DNA from: Eutreptiella sp. 'Long Island Sound 2002'
Lineage: Eukaryota; Protista; Euglenida
NCBI GenBank assembly: GCA_964036045.1
Contig: OZ038379.1
Coordinates: 55,056,001-55,120,000 of the forward strand
Direction: 5' to 3'
Length of the DNA: 64,000 bases
Shown: positions 12,950-24,230 of the stretch, in pieces
How positions within the stretch are numbered: position 1 is the first letter of the stretch
How the letters are laid out: the number at the start of each line of letters is the position of its first letter
Made by a program: the position numbers and the translations under genes
The notes under the pieces: generated by a model
What the model was told of the DNA's origin: nothing
What the model saw: the letters and a program-made list of their open reading frames with translations, nothing else
Database searches by the model: none

Positions 12950-14032
12950 ATGGCTGTTTTTTGGGGGGGTATTGTTGGTATGCCAGGTTATGCTCACTAT
13001 AAGGGAATTGGGCCACATGAGGAGAATACCGAGCAGTGCTGGATGCCCTGGTACCATCGGTGGTGGATCCCCCTTCCCATGGCGGACAACATGGTGCGGG
13101 TCCCCGTCGCCCCGGGCTGCATCTACTTTGGGTTCTGTCCCAGCAGCCTCGTCCTCACGCGCGCAGCCAGCGCCGATGAGATGCAGTGGGCTTCAATGGC
13201 TATTCACTACACCGACTCCTTGCCCGGCATGCAAGCCGAGTCGGACGGCAAAGTGAAGTGGGACGACAAGACGAAGGAATACAAATGTCCGGAGAGGGTG
13301 TGTAATTACCCCTTTTTTGCGCGCGTAAAATGCATCGTTTGCGCACCGGCTATACGCATGGCAAGAACGCAAAATAGGTCATTTACGCACGAAAATTAGT
13401 GTATTTACGTCGTTGCCTGATGTCAACCTGTGACGCAAAATAGGTCATTTACGTGCGTAAATTCATGTATTTGCGTGGTCACCTAATCTCAACCATGGAC
13501 GCAAAATCCGTCATCTGCGCACACAAAATCCAAGTAAGTTCATGCACATTCGTCCTTATCTTTCAGATTCCGGTGAATTTCTTGCCCTTCGCGTTGGTGG
13601 ATCCCAGCCCCGCCGACAACAGTGTTAGGTTTGGAGCCGGAGCTGGTGCTGGAGCCCAACGTGGAGCCAGTGGCGCTCGCCACGGCCAGCAAGTCTGAAT
13701 CGGGTTGGTGTACCCGCGAGAAGAAGCTGCTGGACGAGGTGGAGATTGTGCGTGGGCAGCGTGGGGCGAAGCGCACCGAGCCTTAACCTGTGCAGGACTT
13801 GGGTGTCGTGGAGGACAAGGCCTGGCTGACATAGTGTGCCGTTGAGTTGCGCACGGGACTGCAGAAAGCAACAACGGCCATGGCTCTGCTGGAGGACAGC
13901 CTAAAGCGAGCCGACAAGGAGTTTGCGCCCCCTCCGTTCTCTGCAGAGGAGCTGGACCGCGTGCTCAATAAGTATGAGGTTGGAGACGACCTCCAGCCGC
14001 CGAGGAAGAAAGGGGCAAGCGAGGCCCAGTGA
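12950..14032 (+). pseudogene. Probable transposon accessory ORF (coiled-coil C-terminus), interrupted by a TTTGCGCACG array
   Basis: ORFs 12950..13399, 13453..13698 and 13847..14032 (ALLEDSLKRADKE). Candidate acceptor ccttatctttcag at ~13553-13566. Confidence 0.3.
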
Positions 14033-14079
14033 CGGGGTCGCCGTGGACTCAGGAATCTGGGGCCCGGTGAGGTGGACGG

Positions 14080-14222
14080 CGGTGATCGGATGGTGATGGT
14101 GTTGCCGAGAGCTGGTGATTGGATGGTGATGGTGTTGGTGGGAGATGGTGATTGGATGGTGATGGTGTTGGTGGGAGATGGTGATGGCATGGTGATGGTG
14201 TCTGTTGGAGATGGTGATTGGT
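14080..14222. repeat. ~33-bp tandem minisatellite (ggtgattggatggtgatggtgttggtgggagat)
   Basis: About 4 adjacent degenerate copies. Confidence 0.75.
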
Positions 14223-14421
14223 GACTTGCCGGTCACACAGAGGCAACTGTGTTGTTGTCATTCATTTATTTTCACCCCCAATGTGTCATTCATTCCAGAA
14301 GGGAGGAGGTGGGCCTGCGGGGAATTGTGTTGTTGTCATTCATTTATTTTCAACGTCAATGTGTCATTTATTTCAAAAGTGAGGGTCGCGGATGGGCCTG
14401 GCAGAATTGTGTTGTTGTCAG

Positions 14422-14940
14422 TCAATTCTTCGAGCCGTGGAGCAGCACCCATGAACCCAAAGGTAGACGGCCCCCCAACTCCCCTACCGCAAAGTGCTCA
14501 AGGGAACGTTGCCAAACTTTGGTGCCATCAATGGAAATCCCCACCAAAACTTGGTTCCCTTGTGTTACGGGGGGTTTATTCTGCCACATAAGCTGCAGCT
14601 TCTCCTTCACATTCACCCTAGACGCAATGAAATCACTACCACCGGGAGTGTGCAACACGAAATCAATGGGGTGGGGGGCACCCAAGGTCTTTCGCACGGA
14701 CACGATTTTCGCCCAACGGCAATACCAAATCAAAGGTGACCGGCTGTACCGCAGCCGCCGCACACTTTGCCCCTCCTTCCTCGATTCCCACAATACTGCC
14801 ATGGCATTCAACTCCAAATCGAGTTGATGATCCGTGGGGACATCGGTGTACACGTCCACCACATTCGTAACCCCACTCCGCATTCTTACAGGCCAATCCG
14901 CCCCCATAATATCATTCACCGCACGCTGCAAACTGCTGAT
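14422..14940 (-). pseudogene. N-terminal fragment of a RAG1/CMC-like transposase (D1 region)
   Basis: VLVGISIDGTKVWQRSLEH...LGSWVLLHGSKN parallels WLPIAVDGTSRHEAS...LSSWWQSGGSKNWETL in ORF 25582. Confidence 0.65.
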
Positions 14941-15317
14941 CCGTTCACTATGGTCTTTGCAATTGCCCAGTGCCAGGTGGTGGAACCGCCACGGATGCAG
15001 CGGCATAATATAGAAAAAACATCTGGGACGCATGTGGCACAAGCGCGTTGCATTGCAGGTAAGAGACACAATTACCGCGTTTTTGCGTGTGTAAATGAGC
15101 CTATTTGCGTGCCCACCGTACTTTCTTTACGGGCGCAAAAAGGGCCTTTTGCGCACGCAAAAGGGTGTTTTTGCGTTCTCGCTCGAAAAACAAGCGACGC
15201 GCAAAAGGTGTGATTTGCGCACACAAAAGGGTGTTTTTGTGTCCCAGGTGCAAAGTTTGCAAACGCGCAAAAGGCGCGTTTTACGTACGCAACAATGGGG
15301 TAAAGGAAGCATTTGCA

Positions 15318-15512
15318 ATGCCATGGCACCGTGTGGGTCACAGGTATGCATGCTACATTTGCACGCGCAATACCCCCGGTTCAAACCCAACTGCCTCAAA
15401 AGTTGAAACATGTGTGCGGGTCATTGAAGAATCCTGCGAAGAAGTTGAAAAGGTTGAAGATCAATGAACAGTTCAACTTGAAGAACCGCAACCACCCAAA
15501 GAGGCGCCGACG
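15318..15512 (+). pseudogene. Small CxxC basic ORF, putative zinc finger (duplicate at 19471-19665)
   Basis: ATG at 15318: MPWHRVGHRYACYICTRNTPGSNPTA, then after a frameshift SLKNPAKKLKRLKINEQFNLKNRNHPKRR. Lies directly downstream of a TTTGCGCACG array. Confidence 0.5.
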
Positions 15513-15639
15513 ACAAGGAGATGGCAGAAACGCCACCACTGACCATCACTTTTGAAATGAATGACACATTGACGTTGAAAGGAGACCACCCAAATTCTTC
15601 GCGACGTGGCCTATCCCCCCGCAAAGCCAGCACACATGT

Positions 15640-16660
15640 GCCAAAGGGTCGTTACACTTGAAATTGCGACACCCTGAGAGGGCAACTTGCGCCTTGGTGT
15701 CAGCTATAATCGCACACACAACGGGAGTTGCAAACCCTCCCTCATTCAAAACCGGCATCTCATTCACTGCCAACACATAACTGCCTTCATTGTTTGGGTG
15801 CGTTCCGGCATGGAATCTCAATTTTGCTCAAGGTTTGGCAATGGGGGGGGATGACATTGCCAGCAGTCCTTCCTTTCCAATGACCACCGGACTTTGGACT
15901 CCATGGGATGCACCATTTCGTGCATTGTGCGGGCAGTGGGTTGGTTAAGGCTTTGATGCATCACCATGGGTGGAAGAAGGGGAGGGCATTGGTTTGGGTG
16001 CAGTGGTTTTGGGATGACATCAGGGTTGAGAGCCCTACGGCCACGGCGGCCGATTGTGAGCAAGAGAAGGTGGGAAAGAAGGCCCTGCGATTGGAGCAAA
16101 CTGCCGCGGGGGCATGGGTGAAAAGGCAAGGGTGGGATTGCATTGTCGACTACTTGGAGGGGAACAATCTTTTACAAGTCCCAGTGCAAGTGGGGGGGGG
16201 GGGGGTTACAATGACATGGACTGCTTGTTGGCGTTTGTGGGGAGAGAAATTTGCAGTGACTTGTGACCTTGTGTGGAAGGAGCGGAGGTTGGACCTTCGC
16301 GATTTGGATGTTCTGAAAGGTGCTTTGTCCGAGATGGGGAGTGCCCACAAAGCTTGTGGGTTTGTGGTGACCCACCTGTGGGTGGACCACATGTGGGGGA
16401 TTGCGAGGGAATGGGGTACCGTGTCCGCATTCGGTGCTTTCAGGGGTGAAGGGAGGCATTAGTCGTGGTAGAGTGAGATTAGGAAGAGGAGCTTCAAGGG
16501 GGGAAGTAAGAAACGGGGGTCTCGCCTACGGGGGGCATGCCGAGCACTGAGGAACGGGTGGGTCGAGGTGCTTCGGAACAACAACCTGGACTGGGGCTCG
16601 TATGCCAAGGGGTTCAACGTCTGGCAGCCTTCGTGGACCCGACAAGAGGTAGATGGTAGT
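15640..16660 (+). pseudogene. C-terminal half of a RAG1/CMC-like transposase (copy 1)
   Basis: CLHC, DFGLHG, THLWVDH-x19-E (GEGRH). In-frame TAG stops. Confidence 0.7.
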
Positions 16661-16904
16661 GCTATGAAGTATTGGGAAAGGGTGATGCGTAAGGGGAAGT
16701 TGTAGGGTTTCTTACATGTTTGTCTTGCATACTTTGGTGATTTCGTGGTGGAATCCCACTTGGACACGTGTGACTGAATGATCGGAACAATGCAACGAAA
16801 GATCTCAGCAATTGCCTCCATGTTTGCTTGGATGCATGGCATGCATTGGACCCGGGATGTGGGTTTGTGTTTGGGTGTAACGGGCAGGGGGGGGGGGGGG
16901 GTAA

Positions 16905-17086
16905 AGCAGGCATTTGCGTGGGTTTTGCGTATGTAAAAGGGGTATTTTGCGTCCCCAGTGAAAAAATACATGGTAAGTAAAAAGGGCAATTTACACGTGC
17001 AAAAGGGCCCTTTTACGCACGCAAAAATGAAGTAAAATACCTGAAGGATAATACCGGACCTCGAAAGCACAAGAGAACACTACGGG
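16905..17086. mobile_element. Right end of a TTTGCGCACG-family element: subterminal array and terminus ...CACTACGGG|TA
   Basis: Array 16905-17030, then tacggg (17081-17086) and TA (17087-17088). Repeated in the duplicate at ~21056-21239. Confidence 0.5.
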
Positions 17087-17462
17087 TAGGGGTAGGGGAC
17101 CACCACGGGTGTTTCCAACGTACAACCCAAGCCATGGGGGTATTTTTCGCATGCCGGATTCGAATTTCATACTCATTTTTTACCAAAATGGTGTTTTCCA
17201 CCAATTCCTCATTTTTGCCCCATTTTTACCTCCTTTTTGCGGTGTTTAGTTACATACATGACATCCACCAAATCATTCAACATCTCTATAGTCGTATATT
17301 ATATCCTATTTCTATATCCTATATTATAAACCCCCGTCATCCCTCCATGCATTCTCAACAACACGCACCGCTGCATGGAGGTGCCCAGCGTGATTGTCTG
17401 GTACCTTTGGAATAAATTTTTTGCCTTGAGCTACATCTTGGTTTGTGGTGAAAGCCTTTGTA

Positions 17463-19077
17463 CCCTTCGTGAACCGGCCGTTTGAATGGGAGATTCACGG
17501 CAGCGTGAATATCACAAATTTTAGCCGTGTTTTGCTTGTAACTGGGTGCCATCGTGTGCGTTTCTCGTGCTATCTTCGCCCAAAGTGAGATCCAACGAAT
17601 GTGTGCAAATTAGAGGTTTTAAGTAGCCACATGGTTCAACATATTCGGTGAGAATTGGTCAAATCTGAAATTCACGCACCCGAATTCACACATAAATTAG
17701 GTTACGGTTAGGGTTAGGGCATAAAGCTAGGTTCACAGATTCACGAGACTGTGAAATTCGCACGAAATTCGTACGAATTTCGTACGAATTTGCCCCAATT
17801 TCCACTGTTTCACTTTCTCACGGCTCTGAAAGCCTTTCTTTGCTTCTTCTTGTGACCATGTCCCAGCAGTCCCGCCCCGATCCTGCTGCCGACACCCTCG
17901 CGCAGTACCAAGCCCTCCCCGTCGCCCACCACCAATTGGAGCAGGCGACCTACCAGTCGGGGGCACTGGGGGTGGACGATGTTGTGGGCTAAAGAGCATC
18001 CCTCGACCCCTCCCCCGATGTCATTCACATCGACCATCGCAGCCCCACGCGCAACTCCTATCTTGGGGGGAGGGCTTGGTCCACAACTTTGTGGAGGGAA
18101 CTCCGCCGCCAACTCCCCTCTCTTACGTTTTTGCATCTGACCCCTTAACCCGCCACCATTGACCAACTGCTCAATTCCATGCGTACGAACTCGGTGGGGA
18201 AGCCAAAGGACGCCCACGTCCAGGTGTACCCCACCACTAACCTTGTGTATACCCCCCCCCCCCCCAACTGCGACATGTTGTGCCTGCACGATCTTGCTGC
18301 AGGGGCACCATCTGACCGCTCCTTTTTCCCCTTCTCCCGGCACCTTGCCAACCCCCGGTTGTGTCACAATTTGGGCATCGCCCCTTTCCATCCCACCATC
18401 CCCCCACAGGTGCACATCCCCGACATCACCCACCCCACCTTCTACAGTACAAGTTCTTTGCAATGGTCCCGTGGTGCCTCATGTGCCCCCCCCTTCGTTT
18501 CGAGTGAACCCCACCTCCGCACCGAACACCTTCCCGAACCCCCTTATGGGGTGATGGGCAACCACGACCCCGCCCCGGACACGGTTGGCCCCTCCCAGCC
18601 GCCCCTCAACTTTGTTGATGGGAAAGGCTACATTGTGCTTTGGGGGCGTGTGGAACCACGAGATTGTGAGGTGGGGTGGAACAAGGTGATGAAGGCGTGG
18701 GGCAACGGCGACGAAAAAGTCGTCCCAACAAATTTTGGGCTGCTATTCAACGCCGGGCGGACTGAAGATGAGGCAAGGGATCCGGATCTCCCGCGGCGCT
18801 GGCAAAGCAAAAACTCCTTGGGGTCGGGCGTCGGCGGGCCTCTCTTCAAGAAGTCCCCCCCCCCCCCACCGTAAGTGTACCTCAAGTTGGGGACCTCCAC
18901 CCAGTGACGCCGGGCAGCGTCATCGTGGCGAGTGTGGGGAGTGGGGCCCAGCTCCCCCACTCCGATCTCGCCACCCACCCCGAGGGCCTCCCCCCCGACA
19001 GTAGGGACATCTCGGGGTGCCACCTGAGTAGCTTCCTCTGCGTGTCACAGGACTACCAGGTGGCGGTGGAGGCGGGG
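17463..19077 (+). mobile_element. Truncated left part of the CCCTTCGTGAA element, produced by the tandem duplication
   Basis: TA|CCCTTCGTGAACCGGCCGTTTGAATGG at 17461. Near-identical to 21614-23226 and ends inside the dioxygenase domain. Confidence 0.9.
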
Positions 19078-19789
19078 ACGGCCCTGGGGGAGGCCGTTCA
19101 CTATGGTCTTTGCAATTGCCCAGTGCCAGGTGGTGGAACCGCCACGGATGCAGCGGCATAATATAGAAAAAACATCTGGGACGCATGTGGCACAAGCGCG
19201 TTGCATTGCAGGTAAGAGACACAATTACCGCGTTTTTGCGTGTGTAAATGAGCCTATTTGCGTGCCCACCGTACTTTCTTTACGGGCGCAAAAGGGGCCT
19301 TTTGCGCACGCAAAAGGGTGTTTTTGCGTTCTCGCTCGAAAAACAAGCGACGCGCAAAAGGTGCGATTTGCGCACACAAAAGGGTGTTTTTGTGTCCCAG
19401 GTGCAAAGTTTGCAAACGCGCAAAAGGCGCGTTTTACGTACGCAACAATGGGGTAAAGGAAGCATTTGCAATGCCATGGCACCGTGTGGGTCACAGGTAT
19501 GCATGCTACATTTGCACGCGCAATACCCCCGGTTCAAACCCAACTGCCTCAAAAGTTGAAACATGTGTGCGGGTCATTGAAGAATCCTGCGAAGAAGTTG
19601 AAAAGGTTGAAGATCAATGAACAGTTCAACTTGAAGAACCGCAACCACCCAAAGAGGCGCCGACGACAAGGAGATGGCAGAAACGCCACCACTGACCATC
19701 ACTTTTGAAATGAATGACACATTGACGTTGAAAGGAGACCACCCAAATTCTTCGCGACGTGGCCTATCCCCCCGCAAAGCCAGCACACA

Positions 19790-20810
19790 TGTGCCAAAGG
19801 GTCGTTACACTTGAAATTGAGACACCCTGAGAGGGCAACTTGCGCCTTGGTGTCAGCTATAATCGCACACACAACGGGAGTTGCAAACCCTCCGTCATTC
19901 AAAACCGGCATCTCATTCACTGCCAACACATAACTGTCTTCATTGTTTGGGTGCGTTCCGGCATGGAATCTCAATTTTGCTCAAGGTTTGGCAATGGGGG
20001 GGGATGACATTGCCAGCAGTCCTTCCTTTCCAATGACCACCGGACTTTGGACTCCATGGGGTGCACCATTTGGTGCATTGTGCGGGCAGTGGGTTGGTTC
20101 AGGCTTTGATGCATCACCATGGGTGGAAGAAGGGGAGGGCATTGGTTTGGGTGCAGTGGTTTTGGGATGACATCAGGGTTGAGAGCCCTACGGCCACGGC
20201 GGCCGATTGTGAGCAAGAGAAGGTGGGAAAGAAGGCCCTGCGATTGGAGCAAACTGCCGCGGGGGCATGGGTGAAAAGGCAAGGGTGGGATTGCATTGCC
20301 GACTACTTGGAGGGGAACAATCTTTTACAAGTCCCAGTGCAAGTGGGGGGGGGGGTGTTACAATGACATGGACTGCTTGTTGGCGTTTGTGGGGAGAGAA
20401 ATTTGCAGTGACTTGTGACCTTGTGTGGAAGGAGCGGAGGTTGGACCTTCGCGATTTGGATGTTCTGAAAGGTGCTTTGTCCGAGATGGGGACTGCCCAC
20501 AAAGCTTGTGGGTTTGTGGTGACCCACCTGTGGGTGGACCACATGTGGGGGATTGCGAGGGAATGGGGTACCGTGTCCGCATTCAGTGCTTTCAGGGGTG
20601 AAGGGAGGCATTAGTCGTTGTAGAGTGAGATTAGGAAGAGGAGCTTCAAGGGGGGAAGTAAGAAACGGGGGTCTCGCCTACGGGGGGCATGCCGAGCACT
20701 GAGGAACGGGTGGGTCGAGGTGCTTCGGAACAACAACCTGGACTGGGGCTCGTATGCCAAGGGGTTCAACGTCTGGCAGCCTTCGTGGACCCGACAAGAG
20801 GTAGATGGTA
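19790..20810 (+). pseudogene. C-terminal half of a RAG1/CMC-like transposase (duplicate copy 2)
   Basis: Duplicate of 15640-16660, with THLWVDH...EGRH*. Confidence 0.7.
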
Positions 20811-22008
20811 GTGCTACGAAGTATTGGGAAAGGGTGATGCGTAAGGGGAAGTTGTAGGGTTTCTTACATGTTTGTCTTGCATACTTTGGTGATTTCGTGG
20901 TGGAATCCCACTTGGACACGTGTGACTGAATGATCGGAACAATGCAACGAAAGATCTCAGCAATTGCCTCCATGTTTGCTTGGATGCATGGCATGCATTG
21001 GACCCGGGATGTGGGTTTGTGTTTGGGTGTAACGGGCGGGGGGGGGGGGGGGTAAAGCAGGCATTTGCGTGGGTTTTGCGTATGTAAAAGGGGTATTTTG
21101 CGTCCCCAGTGAAAAAATACATGGTAAGTAAAAAGGGCAATTTACACGTGCAAAAGGGCCCTTTTACGCACGCAAAAATGAAGTAAAATACCTGAAGGAT
21201 AATACCGGACCTCGAAAGCACAAGAGAACACTACGGGTAGGGGTAGGGGACCACCACGGGTGTTTCCAACGTACAACCCAAGCCATGGGGGTATTTTTCG
21301 CATGCCGGATTCGAATTTCATACTCATTTTTTACCAAAATGGTGTTTTCCACCAATTCCTCATTTTTGCCCCATTTTTACCTCCTTTTTGCGGTGTTTAG
21401 TTACATACATGACATCCACCAAATCATTCAACATCTCTATAGTCGTATATTATATCCTATTTCTATATCCTATATTATAAACCCCCGTCATCCCTCCATG
21501 CATTCTCAACAACACGCACCGCTGCATGGAGGTGCCCAGCGTGATTGTCTGGTACCTTTGGAATAAATTTTTTGCCTTGAGCTACATCTTGGTTTGTGGT
21601 GAAAGCCTTTGTACCCTTCGTGAACCGGCCGTTTGAATGGGAGATTCACGGCAGCGTGAATATCACAAATTTTAGCCGTGTTTTGCTTGTAACTGGGTGC
21701 CATCGTGTGCGTTTCTCGTGCTATCTTCGCCCAAAGTGAGATCCAACGAATGTGTGCAAATTAGAGGTTTTAAGTAGCCACATGGTTCAACATATTCGGT
21801 GAGATTTGGTCAAATCTGAAATTCACGCACCCAAATTCACACATAAATTAGGTTACGGTTAGGGTTAGGGCATAAAGCTAGGTTCACAGATTCACGAGAC
21901 TGTGAAATTCGCACGAAATTCGTACGAATTTCGTACGAATTTGCCCCAATTTCCACTGTTTCACTTTCTCACGGCTCTGAAAGCCTTTCTTTGCTTCTTC
22001 TTGTGACC

Positions 22009-23882
22009 ATGTCCCAGCAGTCCCGCCCCAATCCTGCTGCCGACACCCTCGCGCAGTACCAAGCCCTCCCCGTCGCCCACCACCAATTGGAGCAGGCGAC
22101 CTACCAGTCGGGGGCACTGGGGGTGGACGATGTTGTGGGCTAAAGAGCATCCCTCGACCCCTCCCCCGATGTCATTCACATCGACCATCGCAGCCCCACG
22201 CGCAACTCCTATCTTGGGGGGAGGGCTTGGTCCACAACTTTGTGGAGGGAACTCCGCCGCCAACTCCCCTCTCTTACGTTTTTGCATCTGACCCCTTAAC
22301 CCGCCACCATTGACCAACTGCTCAATTCCATGCGTACGAACTCGGTGGGGAAGCCAAAGGACGCCCACGTCCAGGTGTACCCCACCACGAACCTTGTGTA
22401 TACCCCCCCCCCCAACTGCGACATGTTGTGCCTGCACGATCTTGCTACAGGGGCACCATCTGACCGCTCCTTTTTCCCCTTCTCCCGGCACCTTGCCAAC
22501 CCCCGGTTGTGTCACAATTTGGGCATCGCCCCTTTCCATCCCACCATCCCCCCACAGGTGCACATCCCCGACATCACCCACCCCACCTTCTACAGTACAA
22601 GTTCTTTGCAATGGTCCCGTGGTGCCTCATGTGCCCCCCCCTTCGTTTCGAGTGAACCCCACCTCCGCACCGAACACCTTCCCGAACCCCCTTATGGGGT
22701 GATGGGCAACCACGACCCCGCCCCGGACACGGTTGGCCCCCCCCAGCCGCCCCTCAACTTTTTTGATGGGAAAGGCTACATTGTGCTTTGGGGGCGTGTG
22801 GAACCACGAGATTGTGAGGTGGGGTGGAACAAGGTGATGAAGGCGTGGGGCAACGGCGACGAAAAAGTCGTCCCAACAAATTTTGGGCTGCTATTCAACG
22901 CAGGGCGGACTGAAGATGAGGCAAGGGATCCGGATCTCCCGCGGCGCTGGCAAAGCAAAAACTCCTTGGGGTCGGGCGTCGGCGGGCCTCTCTTCAAGAA
23001 GCCCCCCCCCCCCCCCACCGTAAGTGTACCTCAAGTTGGGGACCTCCACCCAGTGACGCCGGGCAGCGTCATCGTGGCGAGTGTGGGGAGTGGGGCCCAG
23101 CTCCCCCACTCCGATCTCGCCACCCACCCCGAGGGCCTCCCCCCCGACAGTAGGGACATCTCGGGGTGCCACCTGAGTAGCTTCCTCTGCGTGTCACAGG
23201 ACTACCAGGTGGCGGTGGAGGCGGGGGAGACGCGCTGGGACACCATTCAGCTGCAGAGGGAGGACATGCTGCTGATGGTGGCCACTAGCCGCCACCATGG
23301 GTTGCATGCCCCCCCCAACTCCAAGGATGGGCTGCAGGCGGTTTTTTTTTATTTTGTGGACCCCCCGTCCCCGGCACCGCCACCACCAGCCCAACACCAC
23401 ACACCTGGACCTCACCCCCCCCCCCCCCCCCCCAAGAGGCCCTGGCCGTTGCCGGGGATTTGTCCAGCTGGGACTTCCCTAGCGTGTACGAGGTGTTGTA
23501 GGTGGCGAAGGGGGTGGTTGGGAGGGTGGGGTTTTGGGAGGGGGGTGCTGCCCAGGCCCTCTTCGCCGACGCCCTCGAGGCGGTCTCAGCAGGCCCCTCG
23601 ACCTGCCCCTTCCACCCCACCTTCCTCTCCCGCTCCGCCCCGAGCTCCAATCTTGGCGTCATGGAGATCGCCAAGCAGAGCATGCTCTTCTTCGTGGGGA
23701 GCGTGTACCAGATCGAGATCTGCAAGGGGCACAACGTCGATGCGGGGTCGGAGATCCACTTCGCCATGTCGGGCGTTGCCCCCCCGATGCAGCCGACCAC
23801 GATGTGGCATCTGGTCAACACAGCGCCAGCGTGGCGGTCGCCCAAATGTAGGAAGGCTGGGGCATGGTCAATCACATGTTGA
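22009..23882 (+). pseudogene. Cargo ORF1 with PhyH-like 2OG-Fe(II) dioxygenase domain
   Basis: ATG 22009 is in frame with ORF 22330 across two TAA codons. GYIVL, AQLPHSD (H 23107, D 23113) and EDMLLMVATSRHHG. The C-terminal frame 23502 (LFADAL..PSTCPFHP) resembles ORF 6183. Confidence 0.7.
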
Positions 23883-24230
23883 TGTGATTGCAAGGTGTGC
23901 TTGCTTGTGTGTTTGCTTCCTTTATTGCCAAATTGGACGAAATTCACGTGAAATTCATACGAATTTTGTACCAATTTCACGTGAATGCCTGGGTGTGAAT
24001 AGAGAAGCTTCTGTGAAATTCGCACCCATTTCGTACGAATTTCTGTGAATTTCGTCCACTTTGTTCGTTTTATTGTTGCATTGCCCCATCTTCGCTCCCC
24101 CTTTCTCCATTGGTGCCTTGCACATTTCTCCCTGTCTATAGGTCCCGTTGCACGCGTGGTCGCCCGACATTCGGCGGCAGGGCGGGGGCAGGGGGGGGCG
24201 TTGGGGGAGTGGGTGGAGCAGTAGCATCAA

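Larger units (their letters stand above)
14941..23226. repeat. Tandem duplication of ~4.14 kb (14941-19077 and 19094-23226), near-identical copies
   Basis: ccgttcactatggtctttgc occurs at 14941 and 19094 (offset 4153). Copies are colinear with scattered SNPs and homopolymer length differences, with 16 bp of filler at the junction. Confidence 0.95.

Noticed and set aside
22330-24048. 572-aa ORF as one real protein
   Set aside because: The true start lies upstream (22009, across two TAA). After the C-run at ~23416-23433 the frame is low-complexity, while the homologous C-terminus is in frame 23502.
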